Source: Pseudomonadota bacterium
GTDB taxonomy: Bacteria > Desulfobacterota > DSM-4660 > Desulfatiglandales > B25-G16
Reading direction: 5' to 3'
NCBI GenBank assembly: GCA_030603345.1
Contig: JAUVXZ010000001.1
Span: forward strand, 1-55,885
Length of the DNA: 55,885 bases
A program made the translations under genes and the position numbers. The notes under the pieces were generated by a model. That model worked only from the letters and a program-made list of their open reading frames with translations, did no database searches and was not told the DNA's origin. The number at the start of each line of letters is the position of its first letter. Position 1 is the first letter of the stretch. Below are positions 1 to 9,228 of this stretch, piece after piece.

Positions 1-181
1 CTTTAAGTTCGTCCTCAACGTCGTCCATATCAAGATTTGCCTTTAACTGGTCGGTTGCTCTTCTGAACTCGGCCAACCCCTTACCGAGGGCTCTGGCCAA
101 GTCAGGCAACTTCTTTGGTCCGATAATAATCAAGGCAATCACAAAAATAATGATCAATTCAGGCATGCCTATGCCGAACAT
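1..181 (-). CDS. tatA: Twin-arginine translocase TatA/TatE-family subunit, first 60 codons only (gene runs off the left edge)
   Basis: Own reverse-strand translation from ATG at 179-181: [60 protein letters not shown]. This shows the canonical Tat TM helix, GPxKLP hinge and amphipathic helix. AGGAG lies about 7 nt upstream. The gene is not in the ORF track because it is truncated. Confidence 0.85.
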   Translation of the reverse strand, partial: MFGIGMPELIIIFVIALIIIGPKKLPDLARALGKGLAEFRRATDQLKANLDMDDVEDELK

Positions 182-345
182 AAGTGATCTCCTGTTTAAA
201 GTCCGCTGATAATTATCTCCTCCACCAAGACCGACGGTGCGCCGAGCCTCCCGAAGAATCTCAGATCATTTCCCACCTTTTCAGTGTATTGCCATCTTTG
301 CAGGTTACCTGTACTTGTTCTTCGTTTGAATGCACACAACAAACA

Positions 346-966
346 CTAGTCAGCTTTGCTTGGATATACGACAAAGGGTTTGAGACCCTCTCTATCAGCC
401 AGTCTTTTGGCATACTTTTTCGCCTCCGGTATGGTATAGAATGGACCGCAGCGAACCCTATAAAAGGTCTCACCATTAATCAGGGTTTGATAATAGTAAG
501 CCTGATAGCCCAAGCTACTTAATCTCTCCACCATCTGTTCGGTTTTCTCTTTGTCTTTGAGTGCAATTACCTGAACGCTATAGTGACGTGAGTCCTCTTC
601 TCCTTGCCAGACCTTTGTCTGCTTTCTTTTCCTGTCGGGCTCTTTCACAGAGACCTGTGAGGTTACACCTTCCTTGGCCCTCTCTTTTTTGTTAACGAGT
701 TGATTATAGAAGGTAAGTTCTTCTTCTTTGATCGGCTCTACGTGATCAGTCGTCTTCTCTTGCTCAACCTCCACAACCGTTTCCTTGGTTCTGGAAAAGG
801 TATCAAAGGTTATTGGCAGGAAGTTCCTGCCAACAATAACACCTAAGCAAAATATCCAGGCTAGAACAAAGATCAGACCGAAGCAGAATAAAAAGAGAGA
901 ACCGAGAGTTGGTCGAAACGTGTATCTCTTTTTTATCTTTTTTGAAGAGGATTTTTTGTTAGTCAT
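346..966 (-). CDS. SPOR domain-containing membrane protein
   Basis: 206-aa ORF with a basic N-terminus and one TM helix (LGSLFLFCFGLIFVLAWIFCLGVIVG). The C-terminal ~75 aa have a SPOR-like pattern (YSVQVIALKDKEKTEQMVERL...YRVRCGPFYTIPEAKKYAKRL). It starts 9 nt after the argS stop. Confidence 0.8.
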   Translation of the reverse strand: MTNKKSSSKKIKKRYTFRPTLGSLFLFCFGLIFVLAWIFCLGVIVGRNFLPITFDTFSRTKETVVEVEQEKTTDHVEPIKEEELTFYNQLVNKKERAKEGVTSQVSVKEPDRKRKQTKVWQGEEDSRHYSVQVIALKDKEKTEQMVERLSSLGYQAYYYQTLINGETFYRVRCGPFYTIPEAKKYAKRLADREGLKPFVVYPSKAD

Positions 967-975
967 TGTTTCCAG

Positions 976-2640
976 TTACATTATTTCAGGCGCACTGAGG
1001 CCCAAGAGGTTAAGACCATTTTTGATGAGAGTCTTTACCCCTAAAGATAAGCAGAGCCTCGCCTGGCTTAAGGCCCTATCATTACTGATGACCCTATGTT
1101 TATTGTAGTATCTATGAAAGCTACCGGCTAGCTCTATCAAGTAATAGGTGAGCCTGTGGGGTTCTGAGGTAGATGCAATCTCCTCGATCAGGGACGGAAA
1201 TTCGCTCATTTTTCTAATGAGGGCGATTTCTTCATCTAACACCAGTTTTTCGAGGCATGGGCCAGGGTCTTCAGGAAGATTCATATTCGCCTCAGCTGTC
1301 TTCCTAAAGATGCTGCAGATTCGGGCGTGAGCATATTGGACATAGTATACGGGGTTTTCACTATCCTTCCTTTTGACCAGATCTATATCAAAATCAAGTG
1401 GGGAGTTATGGTCTTTGCTCAAAAGGACAAATCGTACTGCATCGACGCCAACGTCATCTACAAGTTCTTTCAACGCGACATACCTGCCTGATCTCTTTGA
1501 CATCTTTACTTCGGTTCCGCCTTCCCAAAGCTTGACCAATTGGATCAGGAGGACCTCCAGCCAACCCTGGGGAATTCCTTCTGCCATGAGAGCAGCCTGA
1601 ACCCTGTTTACATAGCCGTGATGATCTGCCCCCCAGATGTTTATTACCTTCTTAAACCCCCTTTCCCATTTATCAAGATGGTATGATATATCCGAAGCGA
1701 AATAGGTAAATTCACCATCTTTTTTGCGAAGGACCCGGTCTTTGTCGTCACCAAAAGGAGTGGTTTTAATCCACAGTGCTCCACCCTCTTCAAAAAGCAG
1801 GCCCCTCTTTTTAATCAATTTGATGGTCTGATCGATTTTACCTGATGAGTAGAGATCGGTTTCCTTATACCAGAGGTCAAAATTCACTCTGAAATCAGCA
1901 AGGTCTTCCTTGAGCTCCTTGAGCATCTTGTCTTTTCCCAGTTCAGATAATAAATCAATTGCCTCATCAACTGAGAGATTTTCAAGGTCTTGTTTCTGAG
2001 CAATCTCAAGGGCCAACTCCTCAATGTAGTCACCTCGATAACCATCTTCAGGGAAGGGATAGGATGGATCAGAGAACTGCCTCCACCTGCTATAAATGGA
2101 TTTGCCAAGGAGCTTGATTTGTAGGCCTGCATCATTAATATAGAATTCCCTCCTGGCATCATAACCACAAAAACTTAGGATTCGGCATAGGGTATCCCCT
2201 AAGGCTGCTCCACGACCATGGCCGAGATGGAGGGGGCCGGTAGGATTAGCACTTACAAACTCTACCATGATTTTTTCCCCTTTTCCGAGGGAGTTCCGAC
2301 CATAATCATCCCCGAGCTCAGCAACCTGGGTAAGGAGACTATGCCATTGTTCTCTTGCTACAAAGAAATTTATAAAACCGGCACCACCTATCTCGGCCTT
2401 TAAGATGAAATGATCATGATCCATCAAATGCTGGATAATGATCTCAGCTATTTTCCGGGGTGAGTTCTTTTGCTCTGCAGCAAGGGTCATTGCCAGATTA
2501 GTGGCAAAATGTCCATGATCGGGGTTATGAGGAACCTCAATGACAAACTCCGGGATGGGTGTCTGTTTAAGGTACCCCTCCCTGAAACAGAGATCCAAGG
2601 TATCTTTAAGAATTGTACTTAACTTCTTTTTCATAAACAT
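976..2640 (-). CDS. argS: Arginine--tRNA ligase
   Basis: ORF 976-2745 carries class-I signatures SANPTGPLHLGHGRG (HIGH-like) and MSKRSG (KMSKS-like). I moved the start to ATG 2640 (MFMKKKL...) because the upstream extension lies inside alr. Confidence 0.95.
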   Translation of the reverse strand: MFMKKKLSTILKDTLDLCFREGYLKQTPIPEFVIEVPHNPDHGHFATNLAMTLAAEQKNSPRKIAEIIIQHLMDHDHFILKAEIGGAGFINFFVAREQWHSLLTQVAELGDDYGRNSLGKGEKIMVEFVSANPTGPLHLGHGRGAALGDTLCRILSFCGYDARREFYINDAGLQIKLLGKSIYSRWRQFSDPSYPFPEDGYRGDYIEELALEIAQKQDLENLSVDEAIDLLSELGKDKMLKELKEDLADFRVNFDLWYKETDLYSSGKIDQTIKLIKKRGLLFEEGGALWIKTTPFGDDKDRVLRKKDGEFTYFASDISYHLDKWERGFKKVINIWGADHHGYVNRVQAALMAEGIPQGWLEVLLIQLVKLWEGGTEVKMSKRSGRYVALKELVDDVGVDAVRFVLLSKDHNSPLDFDIDLVKRKDSENPVYYVQYAHARICSIFRKTAEANMNLPEDPGPCLEKLVLDEEIALIRKMSEFPSLIEEIASTSEPHRLTYYLIELAGSFHRYYNKHRVISNDRALSQARLCLSLGVKTLIKNGLNLLGLSAPEIM

Positions 2641-3760
2641 ATTCCCGTGTGTTTCTGCTTCCGAGGGAACAAAAGATCTCATACGAGATCGTATTGGCCC
2701 AGCGGGCCATATCGTCAGCGGTGATCCTATTTCCTTTATCCTCACCCAAGAAAAGTACCTTGTCTCCCTTTTTTATGTCTTTGATTGAGGTTACATCAGC
2801 AATTGTCAGGTTCATACATACCCTGCCAATAATCCTTGCCTTTTCGCCGTGAATCAATACCTGCCCCGTATTGCTCATAGCCCTGCTGAGGCCGTCACCG
2901 TACCCTGCCGATATTATGGCTATCTTTTTGGCACCATCCGTGTAAAAGGTTCGGCCATAGCTAATTGGGGTTCCACCCCTAACCTCCCTCACCTGCACAA
3001 CAGAGGAGTAAAATGTCATGAGGTGCTCCAAGGCCGGGGGATCTGCGAAGTCTGGACACGGAAGCCCACCATAGAGCATGATACCTGGTCTCACCAGATC
3101 AAAATGGGCTTCTTTATACCCGATGATACCCGCACTGTTTGCCAAATTATTCATGGTAAGCTCAAGCCCAAGTCTTCTACCAACAGAAATGGCTTCCTTG
3201 AAATGCTTGATCTGGGTCTCGGTAAAGAGCGTATCCTCTTGATCAGCAGCAGAGAGGTGAGAGAAGAGGCCTCGAATTTTGATCCTCTTTATGTTCAGAA
3301 GCTGCTCAAGAAAAGGTCCCGTTTCTTTGAAGTCGATGCCGAGCCTCCCCATCCCTGTGTCAATCTTTACAAAGACAGTTATTGATCTCCCGCTCTTTTT
3401 ACCCTCCTCTGAGATCAACCGCGCAGAATCTACATCGAAGACAACCGGAGTCAAGCTGTAATCAACGACTTTCTTTGCCTCTTCAGATGTGCTTATTCCC
3501 AGTAACAATACGACTGGTATTTTTATTCCCTCGGCCCTCAGTTTCATAGCTTCAGGGATATAGTCCACTCCCAAAGATTCTATCTGTAATTTCTCTAATT
3601 CCCGTGCTACCTGAACCAGTCCATGGCCATACCCATCTGATTTAACCATCCCCATGATTCTGGTCTGTTTCCCCACGAATTCCCGCACCTTGAATAGGTT
3701 ATGCTGTAAGGCCGAAAGGTTAATTCTTACTGTGTTAGGTGACGAATTCATAATAACCAT
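2606..3760 (-). CDS. alr: Alanine racemase
   Basis: 384 aa with the PLP-lysine motif MVKSDGYGHG and the catalytic-Tyr region TPISYGRTF. The 3' end overlaps the argS start by about 35 nt. Confidence 0.9.
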   Translation of the reverse strand: MVIMNSSPNTVRINLSALQHNLFKVREFVGKQTRIMGMVKSDGYGHGLVQVARELEKLQIESLGVDYIPEAMKLRAEGIKIPVVLLLGISTSEEAKKVVDYSLTPVVFDVDSARLISEEGKKSGRSITVFVKIDTGMGRLGIDFKETGPFLEQLLNIKRIKIRGLFSHLSAADQEDTLFTETQIKHFKEAISVGRRLGLELTMNNLANSAGIIGYKEAHFDLVRPGIMLYGGLPCPDFADPPALEHLMTFYSSVVQVREVRGGTPISYGRTFYTDGAKKIAIISAGYGDGLSRAMSNTGQVLIHGEKARIIGRVCMNLTIADVTSIKDIKKGDKVLFLGEDKGNRITADDMARWANTISYEIFCSLGSRNTREYVYEKEVKYNS

Positions 3761-3800
3761 TTAGACTAGCCCATAACAAATCTAATTTCAAGGACTATGT

Positions 3801-3952
3801 AGAACCCAGCCAAGAACTTAGCTCCGCTCCGCAATTGGAATGTTGGAATACTGGAAATTTGAAATACTGGGTTCTGGTGAAATGAAGAAATGGGCTATTG
3901 GGGAAATTCCTTATTAAAATCAACATTCCAATATTCCACCATTCCATTATTC
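3801..3952. repeat. Palindromic intergenic repeat, family G copy 1
   Basis: The arms GGAATGTTGGAATACTGGAA (3837-3856) and TTCCAATATTCCACCATTCC (3927-3946) are inverted copies with 2 mismatches. A shorter relative lies at 48657-48715. Confidence 0.75.
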
Positions 3953-4054
3953 CCTGGCCCAGACCTGGTTTATGATTTAGTGGGCTGATTCTATGGTCTC
4001 GGACCGGCCTACATGCTTCACAGGATCACTCAATCCCGTCGCACCAGGGCAGGC
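3952..4054. repeat. Short interspersed repeat, family C copy 1
   Basis: The ends CCCTGGCCCAG... and ...GTCGCACCAGGGCAGGCC match (inverted) the ends of the 100-bp insert at 18810-18909. An 18-bp identical inverted match lies at 24702-24719. Confidence 0.6.
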
Positions 4055-4256
4055 CAAGTGTGAGGCAAAAGCATCAAGCCTCAATAAACCCTTTTAATTT
4101 CAGTAAGTTGTAGAAATTCCGAGACGTTTAATTAGCTATGCCGATGGTCCAGGCTTGCAATACTGGTTAGGTAGTGATTCAGGGTGTGAGATATGAGAGA
4201 CCCCTTTAGCTGAGGCCCCCTGTCGCTATTCATGATTGATTATGGTATAAAAAAAC

Positions 4257-4436
4257 GTAACTATTCAGCCACCAAGGCACAAAGACCCAAAGAGAGGATG
4301 AATATAAATTGAATAACGGACTTTTCTTATTAATGAGCCTTTGGCTCATTAATTTCAATGTGCCAGGCATCAAAAAGTCTATTATAAGGAATAATTCTGT
4401 AATCTTGGTGCCTTGGTGCCTTTGTGGCAAGATACC
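4257..4436. repeat. Interspersed repeat, family E copy 1
   Basis: The reverse complement aligns end-to-end with 40318-40650 once the nested insert there is removed (GGTATCTTGCCACAAAG.CACCAA..CACCAAGATTA.AGAATTATTC ... ATTAATGAGCC.AAGG.TCATTAAT.AGAAAA...TTCAATTTATAT.CAT...CTCTTTGGGTCTTT.TGCCTTGGTGGCT.AATAGT.AC). Confidence 0.8.
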
Positions 4437-4472
4437 TGAGTAATTACAAAAAAACAAAAAACAGGCAAAGGC

Positions 4473-6647
4473 ATGAACATCTTTCTCCAAGGTCAGATTG
4501 AAAGAATAACATACACCAACGATGAAACCGGTTTCACCGTTGCCAAGGTGAGGGTCGAGGGACAGCGGGATCTCGTGACTGTGGTTGGAAACCTGATAGC
4601 GCCTGCGCCTGGTGAAATCATTAAAATGAGCGGCGAGTGGATTAATCATCCCCGGTACGGTGCGCAGTTCAAAGTTGTTCACTACAAATCCCTGGTCCCT
4701 GCATCCGTTTACGGAATAGAAAGGTATCTTGGCTCTGGTCTCATCAAGGGTATCGGTCCTATTATGGCCAAGCGAATCGTAGAAAAATTTGGCAAAAAGA
4801 CCCTCGATGTCATCGAAAACGAGACCGAGAAACTGGGGGAGGTTGATGGTATTGGCACAAAGCGAATCGGGATGCTCAGAAAGGCCTGGGAGGAGCAGAA
4901 AGAGATCCGAGAGGTTATGATCTTTCTCCAAAGCCATGGGGTCGGTTCAGGCTACGCTACGAAGATATTCAAACACTATGGAAACCGGTCAATTAGGGTT
5001 GTAAAGGAAAACCCATATCGCCTTGCAACAGACATTTTTGGCATCGGGTTTCTGACTGCCGATCGTATTGCAGAGAAACTGGGGTTTCCCAAGGACTCTG
5101 GGGTAAGGGCGGAGGCAGGCATTCTCTATGCCCTTTACCAGCTCTCTGATGAAGGTCATGTCTTTTATCCCTATGAATTACTGGTTCAGAGGTGTCAGGA
5201 GATCCTCGAGGTGGATCGGGAGGTCATTGTCAAGGCAATTGATGTCATCAACTTTCACCAATTGATTGTCATGGAGGACCTAGGGAAGGAGGAAACCGGA
5301 GATTCCAGGAAAAACAACAAGGCCGTTTACCTTGCCAAGTTTCACCTTTCTGAAACCAGTATTGTCACCCGGATGAAAACCTTGATAGAGACTCCCAAAT
5401 TGATTCGGAAGATCGATTCAGATAAAGCCATAGAGTGGGTACAACGGCAACTTGCTATCATCCTGGCAACAAAGCAGGTGGAGGCGGTAAGATGTGCAGT
5501 TGATAATAAGGTGATGGTCATCACAGGTGGGCCTGGTACCGGCAAAACAACCATCATCAGTGCTATTCTTAAGATTTTTTCAAAGCTCGGGGTGAAGATT
5601 ATGCTCGCTGCCCCTACCGGAAGGGCTGCTAAGCGTATGAACGAAGCTACCGGCCATGAGGCCAAGACTATTCACCGGATGCTGGAGTACAGCATTCAGA
5701 AGGGGCAATTCCTGAGGAATGAGGAAAGACCGCTGGACTGCGACATCTTGATGGTTGATGAGGCCTCAATGATCGATACCATCCTCATGCACCATCTCCT
5801 TAAGGCCATTCCTGCTGCTGCTACCTTTATCCTGGTAGGGGATGTAAATCAGCTACCCTCAGTTGCGGCTGGAAACGTTCTCCGTGATATTATTTCATCT
5901 GATTCAGTGCCAGTTGTGGAATTGAACGAGATCTTCCGCCAGGCCAAGGAAAGCCTGATTATCGTCAATGCCCATAAGATCAATCACGGCCTGGTTCCAT
6001 CACTAAAGCCTTCTGGGGCGAAGGATGATTTTTATTTTATTGAGCAGGAGGACCCGGAAGAGGCGCTTAAAATGATAATTGAGCTTACAAAAGAGCGTGT
6101 TCCAAGTCGCTTCGGGTTTGATCCTATTGATCACATTCAAGTGCTTACCCCAATGCATAAGGGCGTTGTGGGGGTCGGGAACCTCAATACGGAATTGCAA
6201 AACGCGCTCAACCCAGGGGGAGATGGAGTAATTCGGGGCACCAGAAACTTTCGCATGGGCGACAAAGTGATGCAGGTTAGGAATGATTACGACAAAGAAG
6301 TCTTCAATGGTGATATTGGGAGGATAGCCAGGATAGACACCGAGGACCAGGAGGTGATTATTTCTTTCGACGGCAGAGATGTACCGTATGGGTACCCGGA
6401 TCTGGACGAAATAGTATTGGCCTATGCTGTGTCGGTGCATAAATCTCAAGGCAGTGAGTATCCAGCCGTGATTATCCCCGTGTTCACCCAGCACTATGTG
6501 CTTCTGCAGCGCAATTTGATTTACACAGCCGTGACAAGAGGCAGGAAATTGGTGGTGATGATTGGCACCAGGAAAGCTCTGGCAATCGGGGTCAACAATA
6601 ACAAGACCCAAAAAAGGTATACCTATTTGAGACAAAGGCTGAGCTGA
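4473..6647 (+). CDS. recD2: RecD2-type SF1B ATP-dependent DNA helicase
   Basis: 724 aa with a RecD2-style N-terminus (MNIFLQGQIERITYTNDETGFTVAKV). Walker A is GGPGTGKTT and Walker B is LMVDEASM. The C-terminal helicase motif is AVSVHKSQGSEYPAV. Confidence 0.9.
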   Translation: MNIFLQGQIERITYTNDETGFTVAKVRVEGQRDLVTVVGNLIAPAPGEIIKMSGEWINHPRYGAQFKVVHYKSLVPASVYGIERYLGSGLIKGIGPIMAKRIVEKFGKKTLDVIENETEKLGEVDGIGTKRIGMLRKAWEEQKEIREVMIFLQSHGVGSGYATKIFKHYGNRSIRVVKENPYRLATDIFGIGFLTADRIAEKLGFPKDSGVRAEAGILYALYQLSDEGHVFYPYELLVQRCQEILEVDREVIVKAIDVINFHQLIVMEDLGKEETGDSRKNNKAVYLAKFHLSETSIVTRMKTLIETPKLIRKIDSDKAIEWVQRQLAIILATKQVEAVRCAVDNKVMVITGGPGTGKTTIISAILKIFSKLGVKIMLAAPTGRAAKRMNEATGHEAKTIHRMLEYSIQKGQFLRNEERPLDCDILMVDEASMIDTILMHHLLKAIPAAATFILVGDVNQLPSVAAGNVLRDIISSDSVPVVELNEIFRQAKESLIIVNAHKINHGLVPSLKPSGAKDDFYFIEQEDPEEALKMIIELTKERVPSRFGFDPIDHIQVLTPMHKGVVGVGNLNTELQNALNPGGDGVIRGTRNFRMGDKVMQVRNDYDKEVFNGDIGRIARIDTEDQEVIISFDGRDVPYGYPDLDEIVLAYAVSVHKSQGSEYPAVIIPVFTQHYVLLQRNLIYTAVTRGRKLVVMIGTRKALAIGVNNNKTQKRYTYLRQRLS

Positions 6648-7676
6648 TCATTGGTTAAAGATTTCTCTCAATTCAGGACACACGGATTCTGGGGGTATGA
6701 CCGTGGCTGATTCCTTGTGGAGTGTTTGTAAGTAGGCCCGATCGCTATTGCCGATAGGCCGTGGAAGGAGCCGAGGACAGATCCTGGCGTTGATCCTGAA
6801 ATCTTCATCTTCCTTGTGCGAGAAAATGGACATATTAAAGGAGGGAATATCCTTTTGGCCAAAGTATTGTAAGACCCTTGAAAGTCCTTGAAGAAATGCG
6901 CCAAGCTCTTCAATTCCTAATTGAATCAGGGAGTAGTGTTCAGGGAAAATGCACCAGACATCGGGCAAAAAGGTCTGGGGCACAAAGCTCATGACCCAAA
7001 AGGTGGGTCCTATCTCACCAATATAGCGCTCTCCGGATTTTTTCTCTGCACTTATGAAATCCTTCCAGAAGCTTCTTCCATTTTCGTTGAGGTATCTGGT
7101 GCATCCCTCAATCTGGACCCTGTGATGATTGGTAGGAACATATCCACAGTTCACCTGCAGGTGAGGATGAACCAAACTTGATCCAGACTCAGGCATATAG
7201 TTCCAATTGATGGAGAAGAATTGTACCCCAGGATCAAAATTGGCTACCCTTTGGACAAATAACAGGGTGGCAGTAAAGGAATCCTTTAATTTCTCTGGGT
7301 TCAAATCCTCTATTCCCAGATAGTGTTCCCTGGACACGACTGAGACCCCGGCGTAGGTATCAAAAGGAATAAGATTCGGTATGAGGGTAGCCCTGCCTTC
7401 AGTTATCCTTCCCTCCGGAATAAACTCTTTTGGAAATAGAGGAGTTGATTTCTCCAGTGACTCAGGACAAAAAGGACAAAACATCTCCTTAGATCGTTGA
7501 ATCGTCTGTTCTAGATCAGACCGCTCAGGAGGCTTGTACTGGAGATCGTAGACGCGACCTGTCTCTCCTGTCAGAGGGTCAAAGCGTATCTCAAAAGGTA
7601 TTTCATCTGGAGAGAAGTCCTTGAACGGGTTAAGGAATTGGGTTTTTGACCTTATTCTTTTAAAGGTTATTTTCAT
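6648..7676 (-). CDS. Galactose-1-phosphate uridylyltransferase-like (GalT/HIT superfamily) nucleotidyltransferase
   Basis: It carries a CPFCPE zinc-knuckle-like motif and an HPHLQV histidine motif (HxHxQ, as in GalT HPHGQ). I placed the start at ATG 7676 (MKITFKR...); the track's upstream GTG is less likely. Confidence 0.7.
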   Translation of the reverse strand: MKITFKRIRSKTQFLNPFKDFSPDEIPFEIRFDPLTGETGRVYDLQYKPPERSDLEQTIQRSKEMFCPFCPESLEKSTPLFPKEFIPEGRITEGRATLIPNLIPFDTYAGVSVVSREHYLGIEDLNPEKLKDSFTATLLFVQRVANFDPGVQFFSINWNYMPESGSSLVHPHLQVNCGYVPTNHHRVQIEGCTRYLNENGRSFWKDFISAEKKSGERYIGEIGPTFWVMSFVPQTFLPDVWCIFPEHYSLIQLGIEELGAFLQGLSRVLQYFGQKDIPSFNMSIFSHKEDEDFRINARICPRLLPRPIGNSDRAYLQTLHKESATVIPPESVCPELREIFNQ

Positions 7677-8043
7677 AGCGTTATCGGGACCTTTCTTTGT
7701 GCATTCGCCGACCACGTGTCATCTGTTAGTAATCCCCTGATCTGAGTTCTAGACTCCTGCGACCACCTATATAATCCCCTTTTCCAATCAGGGCAAGGGC
7801 TATTTTAAGTTTCTATTAAATATCTACGACGCTTACTATATCAGGCACCATATAGCCGGGCTGATATTTTGGTAAAATGTAGTGGCCTTGTTGCAGTTCA
7901 TGTGGTATCCGGTAATGTCATAGGATATACGGCAGTTATGTGTTGCAAGGGAATGAAAGGCGCGCCACTTCAAGTAAAGAGCAAAAAGGGAGAAATAATA
8001 TTCTGGACTCTGAACCTGTAAACTATTGCCGCTGGAATAGGCT

Positions 8044-8640
8044 ATGGACCCGGCAATGAGATGCAAAGTCCCATCAATTGATAAATGCTACAAGCTGCTT
8101 AAGACATATCATGTTCCTGATCATATTGTTCAGCATAGCAAGACGGTTTGTAAGGTCGCAGTTTTGTTGGCAGAAGAGCTTAATGAACAAGGGGAGAATC
8201 TGAGTATACCTGAGATTCAGGCGTCGGCATTTCTGCACGACATAACAAAGATGAAAGGTCTCAACACAGGCCAGGACCATGCTAAAACTGGTAAAGAGTT
8301 TCTTGTGGAGCTTGGTTTTCAGAGGATTGGTGAAATCATTGCCGAGCATATAAAGCTCCAAGAAGGACGAAACTCCCCACCCTTATCAGAAGAGGAAATT
8401 ATTAATTATTCGGATAAGCGGGTGATGCATACCAAGGTCGTAACTCTTGCGGAGCGATTTGCCGATCTAAGAAAACGCTATAGAGTTAAGGGAATGGATA
8501 AGAATGCAATACGACAGATACTCGCACTTGAATATGAAACCTATGATCTTGAGAAGAGGATATTTGCCAAATTGGATTTCACTCCTCAAAAGCTGTCAAA
8601 TTTGTTGGAGCGTAAATGGAGCGAGAAACACATATCATGA
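8044..8640 (+). CDS. HD-domain phosphohydrolase (YqeK-like size and layout)
   Basis: 198 aa with an H...HD metal-binding signature (VQHSKTV ... AFLHDITK). The start codon is uncertain because the SD is weak. Confidence 0.7.
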   Translation: MDPAMRCKVPSIDKCYKLLKTYHVPDHIVQHSKTVCKVAVLLAEELNEQGENLSIPEIQASAFLHDITKMKGLNTGQDHAKTGKEFLVELGFQRIGEIIAEHIKLQEGRNSPPLSEEEIINYSDKRVMHTKVVTLAERFADLRKRYRVKGMDKNAIRQILALEYETYDLEKRIFAKLDFTPQKLSNLLERKWSEKHIS

Positions 8641-8710
8641 GAATAAAAGGTGAGATTTTGGCTTTTTTCTACATTCACCAATTGCGTAGAAGTACATATG
8701 CTAGCGGCTA

Positions 8711-8737
8711 TTGACAAGATATCAGGGAGATTATAGT
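8711..8737 (+). promoter_or_regulatory. Possible sigma70-type promoter (TTGACA-15-TATAGT)
   Basis: TTGACA lies at 8711-8716 and TATAGT at 8732-8737. The 15-nt spacer is shorter than optimal. The site is upstream of the small acidic ORF. Confidence 0.25.
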
Positions 8738-8846
8738 CTTCTAAGCGGGAGTAGATCTGAGGATGAGGTCGAAGATTCTAAACGAGGTGGCTGCGGATAA
8801 AGCCGCTACGAGTATATTGAATACTTCTTGTAAGGAGGAGGGGGAA

Positions 8847-9128
8847 ATGGTTTCGGAGGAAGGCTGTGAGAGTAAGACAATCCGAGAAAAAATGGCGGAA
8901 GAAGAGCTGGTTAAAGAGAAGACAGATGCTGAAGGAAACAGATGGAGAAAGGCATATTTTGGTGGTGGTGAACATTTTGAAAACTGGTTGGCTCAATGCA
9001 GAGAGTTAGGAGAGGTTATGGTAGAAGAGGTCGACTCTGCAGGATATAAATGCTTTGAGGAAGGTGGAGAAAAACTCTACAGAATCTGGATAAAGCTGGA
9101 TGCAGGAATAGAAGACGACCTTTTTTAG
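8847..9128 (+). CDS. Hypothetical small acidic protein (93 aa)
   Basis: The track ORF is 8763-9128. I prefer ATG 8847 (MVSEEGCESK...) because a strong AAGGAGGAGGGGG SD sits immediately upstream. I recognise no family. Confidence 0.45.
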   Translation: MVSEEGCESKTIREKMAEEELVKEKTDAEGNRWRKAYFGGGEHFENWLAQCRELGEVMVEEVDSAGYKCFEEGGEKLYRIWIKLDAGIEDDLF

Positions 9129-9228
9129 ATGAAAGGCACTCTCGGTAATGGTCTTCACCTTTGTTTGTTGCAAGGGTTATAATCGCCGAAGAGACTATTG
9201 AATAAAAGGAGAGCGAAAAGGATCGGTA

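Noticed and set aside
4230-4937. 235-aa minus-strand ORF overlapping the recD2 5' end
   Set aside because: It runs antisense to a well-supported recD2 N-terminus and through repeat family E. Its composition is junk-like (Leu/Phe/Asn-rich, no motifs). It is an artefact.
4473-6647. RecD2 helicase as part of a defence system
   Set aside because: It is a single full-length housekeeping-type RecD2. No adjacent nuclease, methylase, or Gabija/Dnd-type partner is present, and its neighbours are alr and a convergent GalT-like gene.
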